From: an uncultured Gammaproteobacteria bacterium
GTDB taxonomy: Bacteria; Patescibacteriota; Microgenomatia; UBA8517
Direction of reading: 5' to 3'
DNA: 64,000 nt
Assembly (NCBI GenBank): GCA_964458085.1
Contig: CAYWFF010000001.1
Coordinates: 890 to 64,889, forward strand
The notes under the pieces were generated by a model. It had not been told where the DNA came from. It saw only the letters and a list, made by a program, of their open reading frames with translations, and did no database searches. This document shows positions 50,549 through 60,330 of this stretch, piece by piece (the stretch's first letter is position 1; each line of letters opens with the position of its first letter). The translations under genes and the position numbers were made by a program.

Positions 50549-50923
50549 TTATTTTCTTTTTACGGTCTTTCGTTGCATAAGAATACTTTCAATCATTTCA
50601 ATACGGCCATCTAAGTTTGCTGTTTCCATGGCTTTTAATGTATGGCTGCAAATATAAGCAATTGTGTTGGCTACATTAGGAGGTATAGAGCCGTTCCTTA
50701 CTCCATTTATAGTTTCCTCAAGAATCTCAACAACATCACTTGGCGTTTTTACATCTCGTTCTGGTAAAGATAATCTATCTCTTTTCGATGATTTTCCTCC
50801 TTTAACCACAGCCAAACTATGATCTTCTTTAGTGTCTGGGTTGTGAGCAAAGCAATAGTTCGATTTTTTCATAGCATTAGCACCACACCTTTCTCCGTTA
50901 GTTTTTGTATAAGTACATTTCAT
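50549..50923 (-). CDS. CCCH Zn-finger protein of the kind found in phage/satellite packaging regions
   Basis: CTYTKTNGERC...YCFAH...KGG. Confidence 0.6.
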   Translation of the reverse strand: MKCTYTKTNGERCGANAMKKSNYCFAHNPDTKEDHSLAVVKGGKSSKRDRLSLPERDVKTPSDVVEILEETINGVRNGSIPPNVANTIAYICSHTLKAMETANLDGRIEMIESILMQRKTVKRK

Positions 50924-51435
50924 AAATTTCCTCCTTGTTTATTAGCAACTCTAATGGGGGTAGGGGGTAACTCTTCCTTCTTAGACCACTCGCAATCCTG
51001 TCCAAATATTTCCTTTACTGTGTCTAACAATTGATTTTCATCCATAAAATAAAGCATTTCTCGCTTTCTTCCTTCGTCTTCAATTCTTTCAATAAGTTTT
51101 AATGCTGCCTCGAATTTTTTAACTTTCTCTTTTTTCTCATCATCGTCAAGCAACGTTCTTTCTCCGATTTCTTTATCAAGAGTATCTGCAAACGTTTTAG
51201 CTTCTACATATCTTTCTAATAGAATCTCACCTGGCCATTCTTGTAAATATCTAACATCTTTATATTTTGCCTCGTTTTCAGCTTGTTCTATCAAGTCTGT
51301 CAGCCTTTTTTCAAGTGTTGCAATTGTTTCCATGCGTGCTCCTGCTTTTTTTGCTACCTTTATGTTTGATTTTGCCTGTTTAATAGCCTTGTTTAACTCA
51401 GTAGACATCTTTGTTGACGATTGGTAGACGTTCAT
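50920..51435 (-). CDS. Coiled-coil hypothetical protein
   Basis: 171 aa; AGGAGG Shine-Dalgarno upstream. Confidence 0.7.
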   Translation of the reverse strand: MNVYQSSTKMSTELNKAIKQAKSNIKVAKKAGARMETIATLEKRLTDLIEQAENEAKYKDVRYLQEWPGEILLERYVEAKTFADTLDKEIGERTLLDDDEKKEKVKKFEAALKLIERIEDEGRKREMLYFMDENQLLDTVKEIFGQDCEWSKKEELPPTPIRVANKQGGNL

Positions 51436-51637
51436 GTTTATTTAATCCTCCTTGTTTTCGGAACAAATTGATAATTCGGGTAGACGTTAGTATTTATAGA
51501 GATATACAAGAAGCACTCACCAAAATGACATCTGCCTACTAGTATTTGTCTAGAAACCGTAATGTCTACCACTTTTCTTGTTTTATCCCTATTTTTAGGT
51601 GTATTTGTTGTTTTCATATGTCTACCTAATGTCTACC
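51400..51637. repeat. Iteron-like GGTAGAC/GTCTACC repeats; putative replication origin of element 2
   Basis: GTAGAC at about 51401, 51424, 51480; inverted ATGTCTACC at 51562, 51618, 51629; directly downstream of the primase gene. Confidence 0.65.
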
Positions 51638-53881
51638 CAAACATCTCTAGATTGGGAATTCCATATCTGCGTAATAAATCTTTGACAATGCTGACTTTGA
51701 CTTTATACCTACAATAACCTCTTACTTTTCTTCCTCTTATACCAAATCTTTTAAGTGCTGCACCTACACCTCTACTGGTAAAGTACTGTCTTTGATCTAT
51801 TTCAAGATATTCGCTTGCTTTATCTTTTATCTCTTTGTTTTCAAGTTCTACTGTTTCCTGTTGACCAACAAGTTCTCTTAATGCAATTAGGACTGCGGAG
51901 TCAAAATCATCAAGGTCGACACTAGAGGTTTCTTCTGCTCTTCTTATTGCCTCATCTCTTATGTTTTCAAAAGTTCCTGGAAGCTCTGTATCTATTATTT
52001 TTGCAATAGAGAGTAGGGGTTTCCAAAGCTCGTTTTGGCGGTTAAGTAATGCGTTTACTTTAGAATCTGAGCTATATATTTTTGCTATCTTTTCGGAATA
52101 ATCCAGTGAAAATGAGTATAAAAGATTTCTTAGATAACTCCAGTCTTCAGACCCTTCTGTAACAGCGGTATTTCCTTTATCTGGGTTATTGGTTCTTACC
52201 ATTGTTAGGGTAATTGACCTGTCTTCTAACACATCATCAAGTCCTGATATGTTGGCAATGGCTTTAGGGCTATAGATTTCAAACGCCTCAATATCAAAGT
52301 TGCCTTTTTTGTTTTTTGTGGTTCTGTATGCAGGTGCTCCTCTTTTGTAGCCTGAATTTAACAATTCCCTTAATTCTTGTTTTCTTGTCTTATCTGAAAG
52401 CTGTTCACCTTCATCAAGTGCCAGTGTCGGTCTTTTTGCTTCAACCAATCTAAAGAGCACTGCAGGAGAGATATTACTTGATATGATTGCGTTAAATGCT
52501 AATTTTTCAATAATAAGAAGTGTTTTGGTTTTTCCACTTCGTTTTACTCCAACAAGGTATAAATACGGATACGCATCAAAAACAGGGAAACAATATGTTC
52601 CCATCAGCCAAAGAGCAATAATATCTGCATCATTCTCATCTCTGAAATCTACAAATTTTTTTAACACTTCTTTTATTTCTATAAAGGCAAGGGAAGGAGA
52701 AACTTTATCTTTATTGACTAGAAACTTGTTAATATCTTCTACTTTCCATCTCTGAATGTTGTTTGGAACAAGTGATACGTCACGTAGACTGTATGTCTTA
52801 TTTTCAAAATCTATATAACCATGTCGGTTTTTGTCTATTCCAACTTGTTTATTGCTAGTAATTACAACTACAGCTTTAGATTTCTCATCATCTACTTGAA
52901 CTGGTAGCTCGAATGTATAAAACAATTTGCTGTCTTTATAGTCTACGGCAGGATGAATTTTCGAATCTGACTCTTCATTTAGTAGCTTCACTTTAGGTTT
53001 ATGAGACTTAGCTTCATCAAGCAATTTTTGAAAGTCATCAGCAGAATGTCCTTGCTTCACAAAAAAGTCTGTTAAGTCTACTTTTTCTTCACCGTTTTTA
53101 GGAAGTTTAACAATCCTGGCTCTGTCACCAATAAAACTTGCTACTTTTTTAGCACCTGATACACCTGCTTCATCAGTATCAAAACAAATATATATTTGTT
53201 TTACACTTTCGAACTCTTTTACCCACTCTTTTTTAAAAGTACTTGCACCTGCAGTACTGCTTACGGAAGGAAAGCCGTTTTGCGTGGCTATTATAGCGTC
53301 AAACTCACCTTCACAGATAACTATGTAGGAATGGTTATTCTCTAGTGCCACACTATTAAAGATCGAGGCTTTACCACCTTTTTCATTCCAATATTTTTGT
53401 CCCTTATTCTTTTTTGGATCACGGCGGTGACGAAGGTTTACTAAAACATTATTAACAAACACGGGAAGTACGATACTTTCTCCATCCCATCCGATTCTAA
53501 ACTTGTTTATGGTTTCTTCAGTAAGTCCACGCTCTTTGAGTAAATACTCTTTTATACTGTTGGGTATGTTTTGATGATAGTTGTCAACATTTTTAATGCT
53601 AAAGTTTTTTTTCTTTAGCTTTACTTTATATTCAATTCCCCTGTTAATTACCTGTTTTTCAAGTTGAGGCAGGTTATTATCTCCAAGTTTTTCAGTTATG
53701 TTCTGCCAACTGCCTTTAGCTCCACAGCGATGACAAATATAACATCCATCAGCGTTGTTGATATATAAATGCTTTTTTTATCATCACAGAATAAGCATTG
53801 TATTTGTGCTTCTTTGCCTTCGGACACAATTTTGTGTGGTATACTTTTTGCTGACAAGTATTGTTCTACGTTTTGATACAT
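51633..53881 (-). pseudogene. Zn-finger/TOPRIM primase fused to a DUF3631-like NTPase region; frameshift in an A7 run at 53773-53779
   Basis: CLFC in one frame and HLYIN...CHRCGAKG in the -1 frame, which is open into ICEGEFDA, CFDTDEAG, GVKRSGKT, LALDEGE. Confidence 0.8.
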
Positions 53882-53931
53882 AAGTCTTGGCGGAGGAGAG
53901 GAAGGGTTAGTCCCTCTCCTCCAAAGAAAAA

Positions 53932-54333
53932 CTATTTTTTGGCTGGCATTACTTTTGATATGTCCTGCCAACCTTGTTCATCTCCTGGTCGGTCTTCAAC
54001 CAGAATTTGACAATTTGTCTCCACTAACTCCTCAAGGTCAACCTCTTCACTTGGACTAGGTTCTCTGCCTAATAATGCAGTTACTATACGAAACAGTTTT
54101 GAACTGGTATCAGGTGTTTTACCTTTTGTGAGCTTTGCAGAAGCTGCAAGAGAGCGTTTTGTACCTTCTTGTTCTCCAGAGTTAATTTCAAACTCTAAAA
54201 GAACATAAGAACCATATTTACCCTCCTCTTTATGCTCCCATCCAGTGAATTTTGCAGGATACACTCCTACAGGAATTGGTTCTGGAGCTTGTGGCTCTTT
54301 AACAGTAAATTTTCCTTCAGCCATTGCCGTCAC
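53932..54333 (-). CDS. Putative phage-type ssDNA-binding (OB-fold) protein
   Basis: PIPVGVYPAKF...GKYG...LEFEI...SKLFRIVTAL...CQILVE pattern. Confidence 0.55.
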   Translation of the reverse strand: MTAMAEGKFTVKEPQAPEPIPVGVYPAKFTGWEHKEEGKYGSYVLLEFEINSGEQEGTKRSLAASAKLTKGKTPDTSSKLFRIVTALLGREPSPSEEVDLEELVETNCQILVEDRPGDEQGWQDISKVMPAKK

Positions 54334-54646
54334 CTCCTTTCGATGGCTCTTGATCTAATAAATCTGATGATTGTTCTTCTGGACGTAAGAGTTGTGTAGC
54401 CTTTACTGATATTGCAGTCTGGATTTTTTCTCCAACCTTTTCATTTATGGGGTAGAAGATAGGAATCTGCTTTCCATTCTTAAGAACCTTTGTTGGATAT
54501 ACGCACCTGAACCCTGAACCATCTCTTTTGGTGAAGACTGCGATATTTCCTACGAAATATTTACTGTCTAACACACAGCTTGCAAAAAATGTTAGTCCTC
54601 CTTTTGCTTTAATCGGTAATAGTTCTATTTCAGTTATTTTTGTCAT
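54317..54646 (-). CDS. SpoVG-family nucleic-acid-binding protein
   Basis: MTKITEI...FASCVLD...VGNIAV...VYP...FYPIN. Confidence 0.7.
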   Translation of the reverse strand: MTKITEIELLPIKAKGGLTFFASCVLDSKYFVGNIAVFTKRDGSGFRCVYPTKVLKNGKQIPIFYPINEKVGEKIQTAISVKATQLLRPEEQSSDLLDQEPSKGGDGNG

Positions 54647-54800
54647 ACTTTTTTACCTCCTCTTCAGCAAGTTTTCTGTCATACCACTCAAGCAGAAGTT
54701 CTGCTAGTGGCCTAAATGATCCACTTGCGGTCTCAATTTCTTTCTTCTTTATTTTCTGGACTTCTTGTCCAACAATTTTTTTAAACTTTTTAGTATTCAT
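54630..54800 (-). CDS. Small hypothetical protein (56 aa; not in the ORF track)
   Basis: MNTKKFKKIVGQ...LAELLLEWYDRK...; overlaps the SpoVG start. Confidence 0.5.
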   Translation of the reverse strand: MNTKKFKKIVGQEVQKIKKKEIETASGSFRPLAELLLEWYDRKLAEEEVKKYDKNN

Positions 54801-54879
54801 TGTTTCACTTATTCACTACTTGACTGTTTATAGAGTAAAGGAGGAAAAGTGAAAATATAGGTAAAGTACTGAAGTAAAA

Positions 54880-54964
54880 ATGAAGATTTTGGTTCACTGT
54901 AGAATAGATGATTTTATTGATGAGCGTAAAGTATGAAGATTTCGGTTCAAATTTTTATCTTCAT
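54880..54964. promoter_or_regulatory. Operator-like repeats upstream of the element 2 replication operon
   Basis: ATGAAGATTTTGGTTCA (54880) and ATGAAGATTTCGGTTCA (54933), plus inverted ATCTTCAT (54957). Confidence 0.55.
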
Positions 54965-54982
54965 CCGATCAAAATATGAAGC

Positions 54983-56827
54983 TTAGTTTATATCTATCTT
55001 ATATGACCCTTTATAAAAACCTTTTGCTTTATTGATCTCTATTTTTCCGTTAACTTCAGGGAAATTTCGCTTTAAACCGTCAAGTATTAACCTTCTTATT
55101 TTTGGTGCATATTCTACTCCCTCTCTTACTTTTCGTGTACTGGAGTAGCTATTTTTTTGTGACAGATTCCATATTGTTACCATTCGCTTTTTTTCAACTC
55201 TAACATTTTCAACAAATTCTTTAAAAACTTTAAACCAAGGAGTGTTAATTGACACTGGCTTAGAAAACCCTAATCCAGGATAGTGTATCTTAGCTTGGTT
55301 TCTGGATTCTCTAATTATAGTAATTTTATCAAACTTAGCTATCGTGCCTTGATCGTTAAAATCTTCATCTCCTTGGTTTGATTCTGTGATAGTTTCTTCG
55401 TCAGTTGTGTCAGTTGGTACATCAATGTTTTGTTTTCCTGACCTTAATTCCCACAGTATCTCGCTTAATAAAGTTTCCTTTGTATCTCTTATTGGAAAAG
55501 TAGCATAAACCCTATTTGGCTCTATAAGATTAGGTATTTTCGCTGACATGTCCATAGCCTGTCTCACACTATCCAGGAAGCCGTTCGGAAGTTCAAACTG
55601 AAATCTCTTCGCTATTTCATTTAACTCTTTTTGTATATTCTGGTAGGGTACTAATGAACGTTGGATATCAGGCATCATTTCTGAAATTCTCTTTTCAACC
55701 AGTCCACTCATTTTCTGCATCTCCTTGTACAAACCCATCCTAGATAAAATATAGCGGTGTAGCCGTTTTAGCCATGTCTCGAATTTTTTTCGATTAAGAT
55801 ATACAGTTGCTCTACCCTCTACAATTGAATTAATCTCAGATCTATAAATATCGCTAATGGCATCGTCTTTAGGAAAATAGTATTCTTTGTTAATTTCATA
55901 TACACCTGCAGCTATTCGAGTTATGTTGTAGTGAGCCCACCAAACAGTATTTTCTCTTATCTTTTTAAACTTTTCCCATTCTTTATGTGCTGCTGAATAT
56001 TCTTTAAATAGTTTTGGAGTATTAGTATCTTGAATTAAATGCTTTTTTATAAGATTCCTTTTACCTTCGTTCACAAATCTTTCTATTAGCTCTCTATAAG
56101 GTGTGTAAAAGTAGTCCAATTCTTCATCGAAGAAGGACGTTTCTAAATCTTGTATTCTTGCTTTTAGTTGAGCTATTTGGCTAATAAAAGGACTAGTTGG
56201 ATCATCCTTGAGTCCTGCCCTGGCTGCTTTTCCTAGCAAGTCTTTAGAAAGAGGAACAAGTTTGTTGTAAAATTCATTTCTTTTATCTCTATAGCTTGCC
56301 AAGTCTTTCTGAGAATCATCTTTTAATGAAGCTAGCAAGGACGATAACACATCACTCTCAATTAGATACTTTCCGTAATCAGCTAATTTAATAAAAAATT
56401 GGTCTTCTTTTTGTTCTTCAGTTATTTCTTCATATTTTGTTTCTAAGTCAGAAATTAAAGTTTCAGCGAACTCCTTCTTACTTATTTGGATTTTAGTCTT
56501 ATCATTCGGAGAGTATTTTTTATATACCTCATCGAATTTGGGTTGGAGGATTTCAAGATCAAACTCTCTTGCATTATCCCATTGGAATTCGAGGCCGTAA
56601 CGTTCGCTCTCACTGCGTTTTGTAATTATCTTAATTGCTCCTAATTCTTGAAGTTTTTTTAAAATAGCAATTTTTCTTCTCCTGGGTATTATGCCTACTC
56701 CGACAACTTTTCCAATTACAAATTTAACAGGTTTACCTTTTTCTGTAGCTAAAGCCTCTTCTTTAATCTTTTGTAGGATTTCCCACACTTGTTCATTAAA
56801 TTTTTCTTCAGGGTCACTTTTTCCCAC
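54983..56827 (-). CDS. Large hypothetical protein, possibly the element regulator
   Basis: 614 aa; basic, possibly winged-helix termini. Confidence 0.65.
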   Translation of the reverse strand: MGKSDPEEKFNEQVWEILQKIKEEALATEKGKPVKFVIGKVVGVGIIPRRRKIAILKKLQELGAIKIITKRSESERYGLEFQWDNAREFDLEILQPKFDEVYKKYSPNDKTKIQISKKEFAETLISDLETKYEEITEEQKEDQFFIKLADYGKYLIESDVLSSLLASLKDDSQKDLASYRDKRNEFYNKLVPLSKDLLGKAARAGLKDDPTSPFISQIAQLKARIQDLETSFFDEELDYFYTPYRELIERFVNEGKRNLIKKHLIQDTNTPKLFKEYSAAHKEWEKFKKIRENTVWWAHYNITRIAAGVYEINKEYYFPKDDAISDIYRSEINSIVEGRATVYLNRKKFETWLKRLHRYILSRMGLYKEMQKMSGLVEKRISEMMPDIQRSLVPYQNIQKELNEIAKRFQFELPNGFLDSVRQAMDMSAKIPNLIEPNRVYATFPIRDTKETLLSEILWELRSGKQNIDVPTDTTDEETITESNQGDEDFNDQGTIAKFDKITIIRESRNQAKIHYPGLGFSKPVSINTPWFKVFKEFVENVRVEKKRMVTIWNLSQKNSYSSTRKVREGVEYAPKIRRLILDGLKRNFPEVNGKIEINKAKGFYKGSYKIDIN

Positions 56828-56990
56828 TTCTTCAATACCTTTCTTGGCAGGTATTTTACCATTTTTTCGATCTCAATCTTTAGCATTATTTGTATTATAC
56901 AAAGCCGTTCTTTTTTCTTGATACAGATAACTTTACAAAATCTGTTTTTCCATATGATTTAAGAATTAATTTTTTATACAATTAAAATCA

Positions 56991-57932
56991 ATGTTGGTAT
57001 CTATTTTAATCTTCTGCTTTGCATTCGCACTTCTTTGGGTTGGTTCTGGATTGGCAATCTCTGCTGTTACCAGGCTTTCAAGAAGCTTTAGGATGTCAGG
57101 TTTTTCAACCTCTTTTTTAATGCTTGGCCTCTTTACCTCGTTTTCCGAAATTGCCGTTGGTGTTAATGCATTTATTGATAAAGAACATGAAATATTTGTG
57201 GGTAACTTGATAGGAAGCTCGGTAGTGGTATTTCTTTTTATCACCCCCTTATTAGCCTTTTTAGGGAGAGGACTTAAGCTAAACCATAATTTTTCGTACA
57301 AGGATTTGATATCAGCTCTTTTTGTAATTGGCATGCCTGCACTTCTTAGTTTAGATAGACGCATAGGTATTATCGATGCAATAGTTTGTGTTTCTATTTA
57401 TTCATACTTTTTTTATATGAGAGACCGTGGGTTCAAATCAATCAGAAAGATAGTTTCCATTAAATTAACTAACACTCAACTTCATCTGCAATTATTAAAG
57501 ATACTTACAGGTATAGGTCTTCTACTTTATGCAAGCAATCTATTGGTAACCCAAACAGTTGTTTTAGGAGAAAGTCTTAATATCTCTACCTTTTTTATAA
57601 GCCTGCTTGTTATATCAGTTGGAACTAATATTCCTGAAATAGCTGTAGCGATTCGTTCGGTTTTAGCTCACAAGAACGATATAGCATTTGGTAACTATGT
57701 AGGATCTTCTGCCCTCAATACCTTAGAGCTTGGAGTTCTTACCTTGGGAACAAGAGGAACAATTCATCTCACACAAAGCTCACCGTTCAGTCTGGTAATT
57801 TTCCTTATAGGACTTGGAGTTTTTGCATATCTTGCAAAAAGTAAAAACGACCTATCGCGAAATGAGGCAAAAATTCTATTGCTTTTCTATTTTGCATTTA
57901 TAACATTTGAGGTAATAAAAGCGGTTGAATAA
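56991..57932 (+). CDS. Na+/Ca2+ exchanger family (YrbG-like) antiporter
   Basis: FTSFSE...GNLIGS and GTNIPE...GNYVGS alpha repeats. Confidence 0.9.
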   Translation: MLVSILIFCFAFALLWVGSGLAISAVTRLSRSFRMSGFSTSFLMLGLFTSFSEIAVGVNAFIDKEHEIFVGNLIGSSVVVFLFITPLLAFLGRGLKLNHNFSYKDLISALFVIGMPALLSLDRRIGIIDAIVCVSIYSYFFYMRDRGFKSIRKIVSIKLTNTQLHLQLLKILTGIGLLLYASNLLVTQTVVLGESLNISTFFISLLVISVGTNIPEIAVAIRSVLAHKNDIAFGNYVGSSALNTLELGVLTLGTRGTIHLTQSSPFSLVIFLIGLGVFAYLAKSKNDLSRNEAKILLLFYFAFITFEVIKAVE

Positions 57933-57990
57933 ATGATTCAGTCAAAATTTTGGTTTGGTATATAAACTTAGTATACAATCTTAGTAGGTT

Positions 57991-59679
57991 ATGGATATCT
58001 TTACAGAAATCAGTTTAATAATACTTTTAGTGACAGTTGTTTCTTTCATAATGAAGTTATTAAAGCAGCCTTTTATTGTTGGATATATTTTGTCTGGAAT
58101 AATAGCTGGTCCATATTTTCTTAATCTACTTCATTCAGAAGAAAATATTGAGTTTTTCTCAAAAATAGGAATAACTATATTGCTTTTTATTGTGGGTATT
58201 CACCTTAGTCCCAAAGTGATAAAAGAAACAGGTAAAGCCTCACTTGTAACAGGATTAGGGCAGGTTCTTTTTACTTCAGTAGTTGGTTATGGGATCTGTA
58301 GGCTTCTTGGTTTTGACAACACAACTTCTATTTATATAGCTACTGCCTTAACTTTCAGTAGCACAATTATAATTCTAAAACTTTTAACCGACAAAGGAGA
58401 TATGGATAAGTTGTATGGAAAGATTTCAGTCGGATTTTTACTTGTCCAGGATTTGGTTGCAACCTTTGCTTTAATAATCGTATCCACACTGGCAAGAACC
58501 AATGGAGGAAGCCTGTTTTCGGTATTAGGATTTCTTACACTGAAAGGAATCTTATTAGGAGTTTTGATTGCAATAGTAAGTATTAAAATTTTGCCAAGAC
58601 TATCAAAAAGCATTGCCTCAGCGCAGGAGCTATTGTTCATATTTTCTATTGCTTGGGGTATGATTCTGGCCTCAATCTTCTATAAGCTTGGTTTTTCCAT
58701 TGAAATTGGAGCATTGGTTGCAGGAGTTGCTCTTTCCACAACACCTTTCGCTTACGAAATAGCCTCAAGACTTAAACCTCTAAGAGACTTTTTTATTCTT
58801 TTGTTTTTTATTCTGTTGGGATCTCAGATGGTACTTGATACCATCCCACAAATACTTGTTCCTTCGATAATAATGTTTTTGTTAGTTTTTGTTGGAAATC
58901 CTGCCATAGTAATACTCTTGATGAACCTTCTTGGATACAAAAGAAAAACAGGTTTTATGGCAGGCCTTACCGTTGCCCAAATTGGTGAGTTTTCTTTGAT
59001 TTTTGCGAGTATGGGGGTCGCTGTCGGACATGTATCAGAAGAAATACTTTCTCTTGTCACCTTAGTCGCACTTTTGACAATTGCCTCCTCAACTTACCTT
59101 ATTTTATATTCAGAAAAGATTTACGCATGGACTGAAAGAGCAATTAAGCTTCTTGAAGTAAGAAAAGTACAGTTTGAGAAGCAAGTTTCCTCACAAGAAA
59201 ACCACGAAGTAATTCTTTTTGGCTACGACAGAGTGGGGAGCGACTTTGTAAAAGCAATCCAAAAACTTGGGAAAAGTTTTGTGGTAGTTGACTATAACCC
59301 TGAAGCAATAGAACGACTTAAAAAAGAAGACTTGCCTTTCGCATATGGAGACGCTGATGATGTAGAGTTCTTAGAGGACTTAAACATATCGCAGGCAAGG
59401 CTTATAATATCAACAATACCAGATGTGGATACGAATAAACTGTTGGTAGAGAAATTACACCATGCCAATCCAAAAGCAGTGAGCATTGTTCTTTCTCATA
59501 ACGCTAAAGAGACATTGGAGCTTTATGACAAAGGAGCAAGTTATGTGATTACGCCAATATATTTAGGAGCTCAATATGCCTCACATATGATTACTAAACA
59601 CGGTCTTGATGCAAAAAGCTTTGAAGAAGAAAAGCAACGTCATTTGCAGCATCTGTCAAAAAGAGTCGATATACTCTGA
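57991..59679 (+). CDS. CPA2 cation/proton antiporter with TrkA-N (KefB/C-like) domain
   Basis: FSSTIII, LLVQD, AQIGEFS, GYDRVG, YGDA. Confidence 0.92.
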   Translation: MDIFTEISLIILLVTVVSFIMKLLKQPFIVGYILSGIIAGPYFLNLLHSEENIEFFSKIGITILLFIVGIHLSPKVIKETGKASLVTGLGQVLFTSVVGYGICRLLGFDNTTSIYIATALTFSSTIIILKLLTDKGDMDKLYGKISVGFLLVQDLVATFALIIVSTLARTNGGSLFSVLGFLTLKGILLGVLIAIVSIKILPRLSKSIASAQELLFIFSIAWGMILASIFYKLGFSIEIGALVAGVALSTTPFAYEIASRLKPLRDFFILLFFILLGSQMVLDTIPQILVPSIIMFLLVFVGNPAIVILLMNLLGYKRKTGFMAGLTVAQIGEFSLIFASMGVAVGHVSEEILSLVTLVALLTIASSTYLILYSEKIYAWTERAIKLLEVRKVQFEKQVSSQENHEVILFGYDRVGSDFVKAIQKLGKSFVVVDYNPEAIERLKKEDLPFAYGDADDVEFLEDLNISQARLIISTIPDVDTNKLLVEKLHHANPKAVSIVLSHNAKETLELYDKGASYVITPIYLGAQYASHMITKHGLDAKSFEEEKQRHLQHLSKRVDIL

Positions 59680-60048
59680 AACTTTTCTTTTCAGTTCTTT
59701 ATTTAGTGATTTTCTAACTGAGTCTTCATCAATATTAGATTTGCCGATCATAAAGTGGTCATATATCGGTTTAAGATGCTGAGGTATATAGTTTCTCAAA
59801 TATGGATGCAGAAGCCTTTGTTTGAACAAGACGGTTATTGCATTATAGAAAAGCAATAGAAAAACAGAGAAAAGACCCCAATTTATATACGCTAACAATA
59901 CTGTAGAAACAAAGAAGATTATTCCTATACTGCCTGCAACTCTCAATGTCTTAAAACTTTTATGAACAGACCGGAAGTTGGCAAACGATAAACTAATTAT
60001 GGACAAGAAATAAAGACACCACCAATATAAGGAAAATAAACTTTCCAT
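59656..60048 (-). CDS. Small membrane protein
   Basis: Three hydrophobic segments. Confidence 0.6.
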   Translation of the reverse strand: MESLFSLYWWCLYFLSIISLSFANFRSVHKSFKTLRVAGSIGIIFFVSTVLLAYINWGLFSVFLLLFYNAITVLFKQRLLHPYLRNYIPQHLKPIYDHFMIGKSNIDEDSVRKSLNKELKRKVSEYIDSF

Positions 60049-60330
60049 TTTCTTAATATTAGTATAACATTTTCTATCTTTTATTAGAAAAAACGAGCTG
60101 TCTGTAGTCAGTCAAAATATTTTATTTTAGTCTAATATGGTGCAAGATGGTATAATATTTGCAAACTAGCGTGAAGAGTGCGGACTTTTAAGCTCACTAA
60201 CTGTTCGGATAATATCCCATAGACGGAGCAAAGGAACTCTAGCAATAAATTAAAACATGGCAATTAGTGTTTAATATAACCACTTTATAATTCTTACATA
60301 CTCCAATAGAATGTCTGTTAATATATCAAT

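Larger units (their letters stand above)
47280..60229. mobile_element. Integrative element 2 (about 12.9 kb; recombinase, primase/replication module, ion-transporter cargo)
   Basis: Far junction GGAGC at 60225-60229 matches the tRNA end; 10-bp inverted arms GTTCGGATAA (60203-60212) / TTATCCGAAC (47294-47303). Confidence 0.82.

Noticed and set aside
53696-53971. 91-aa ORF as an independent gene
   Set aside because: It is the frameshifted N-terminus of the primase (ATG at 53881).
60127-60160. GAGC at about 60095 as the end of element 2 (checked against the flanking sequence here)
   Set aside because: It lacks the inverted arm and tRNA-matching GGAGC found at 60225.
47280-60229. Complete prophage
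   Set aside because: No recognisable terminase large subunit, portal, capsid, tail or lysis genes.
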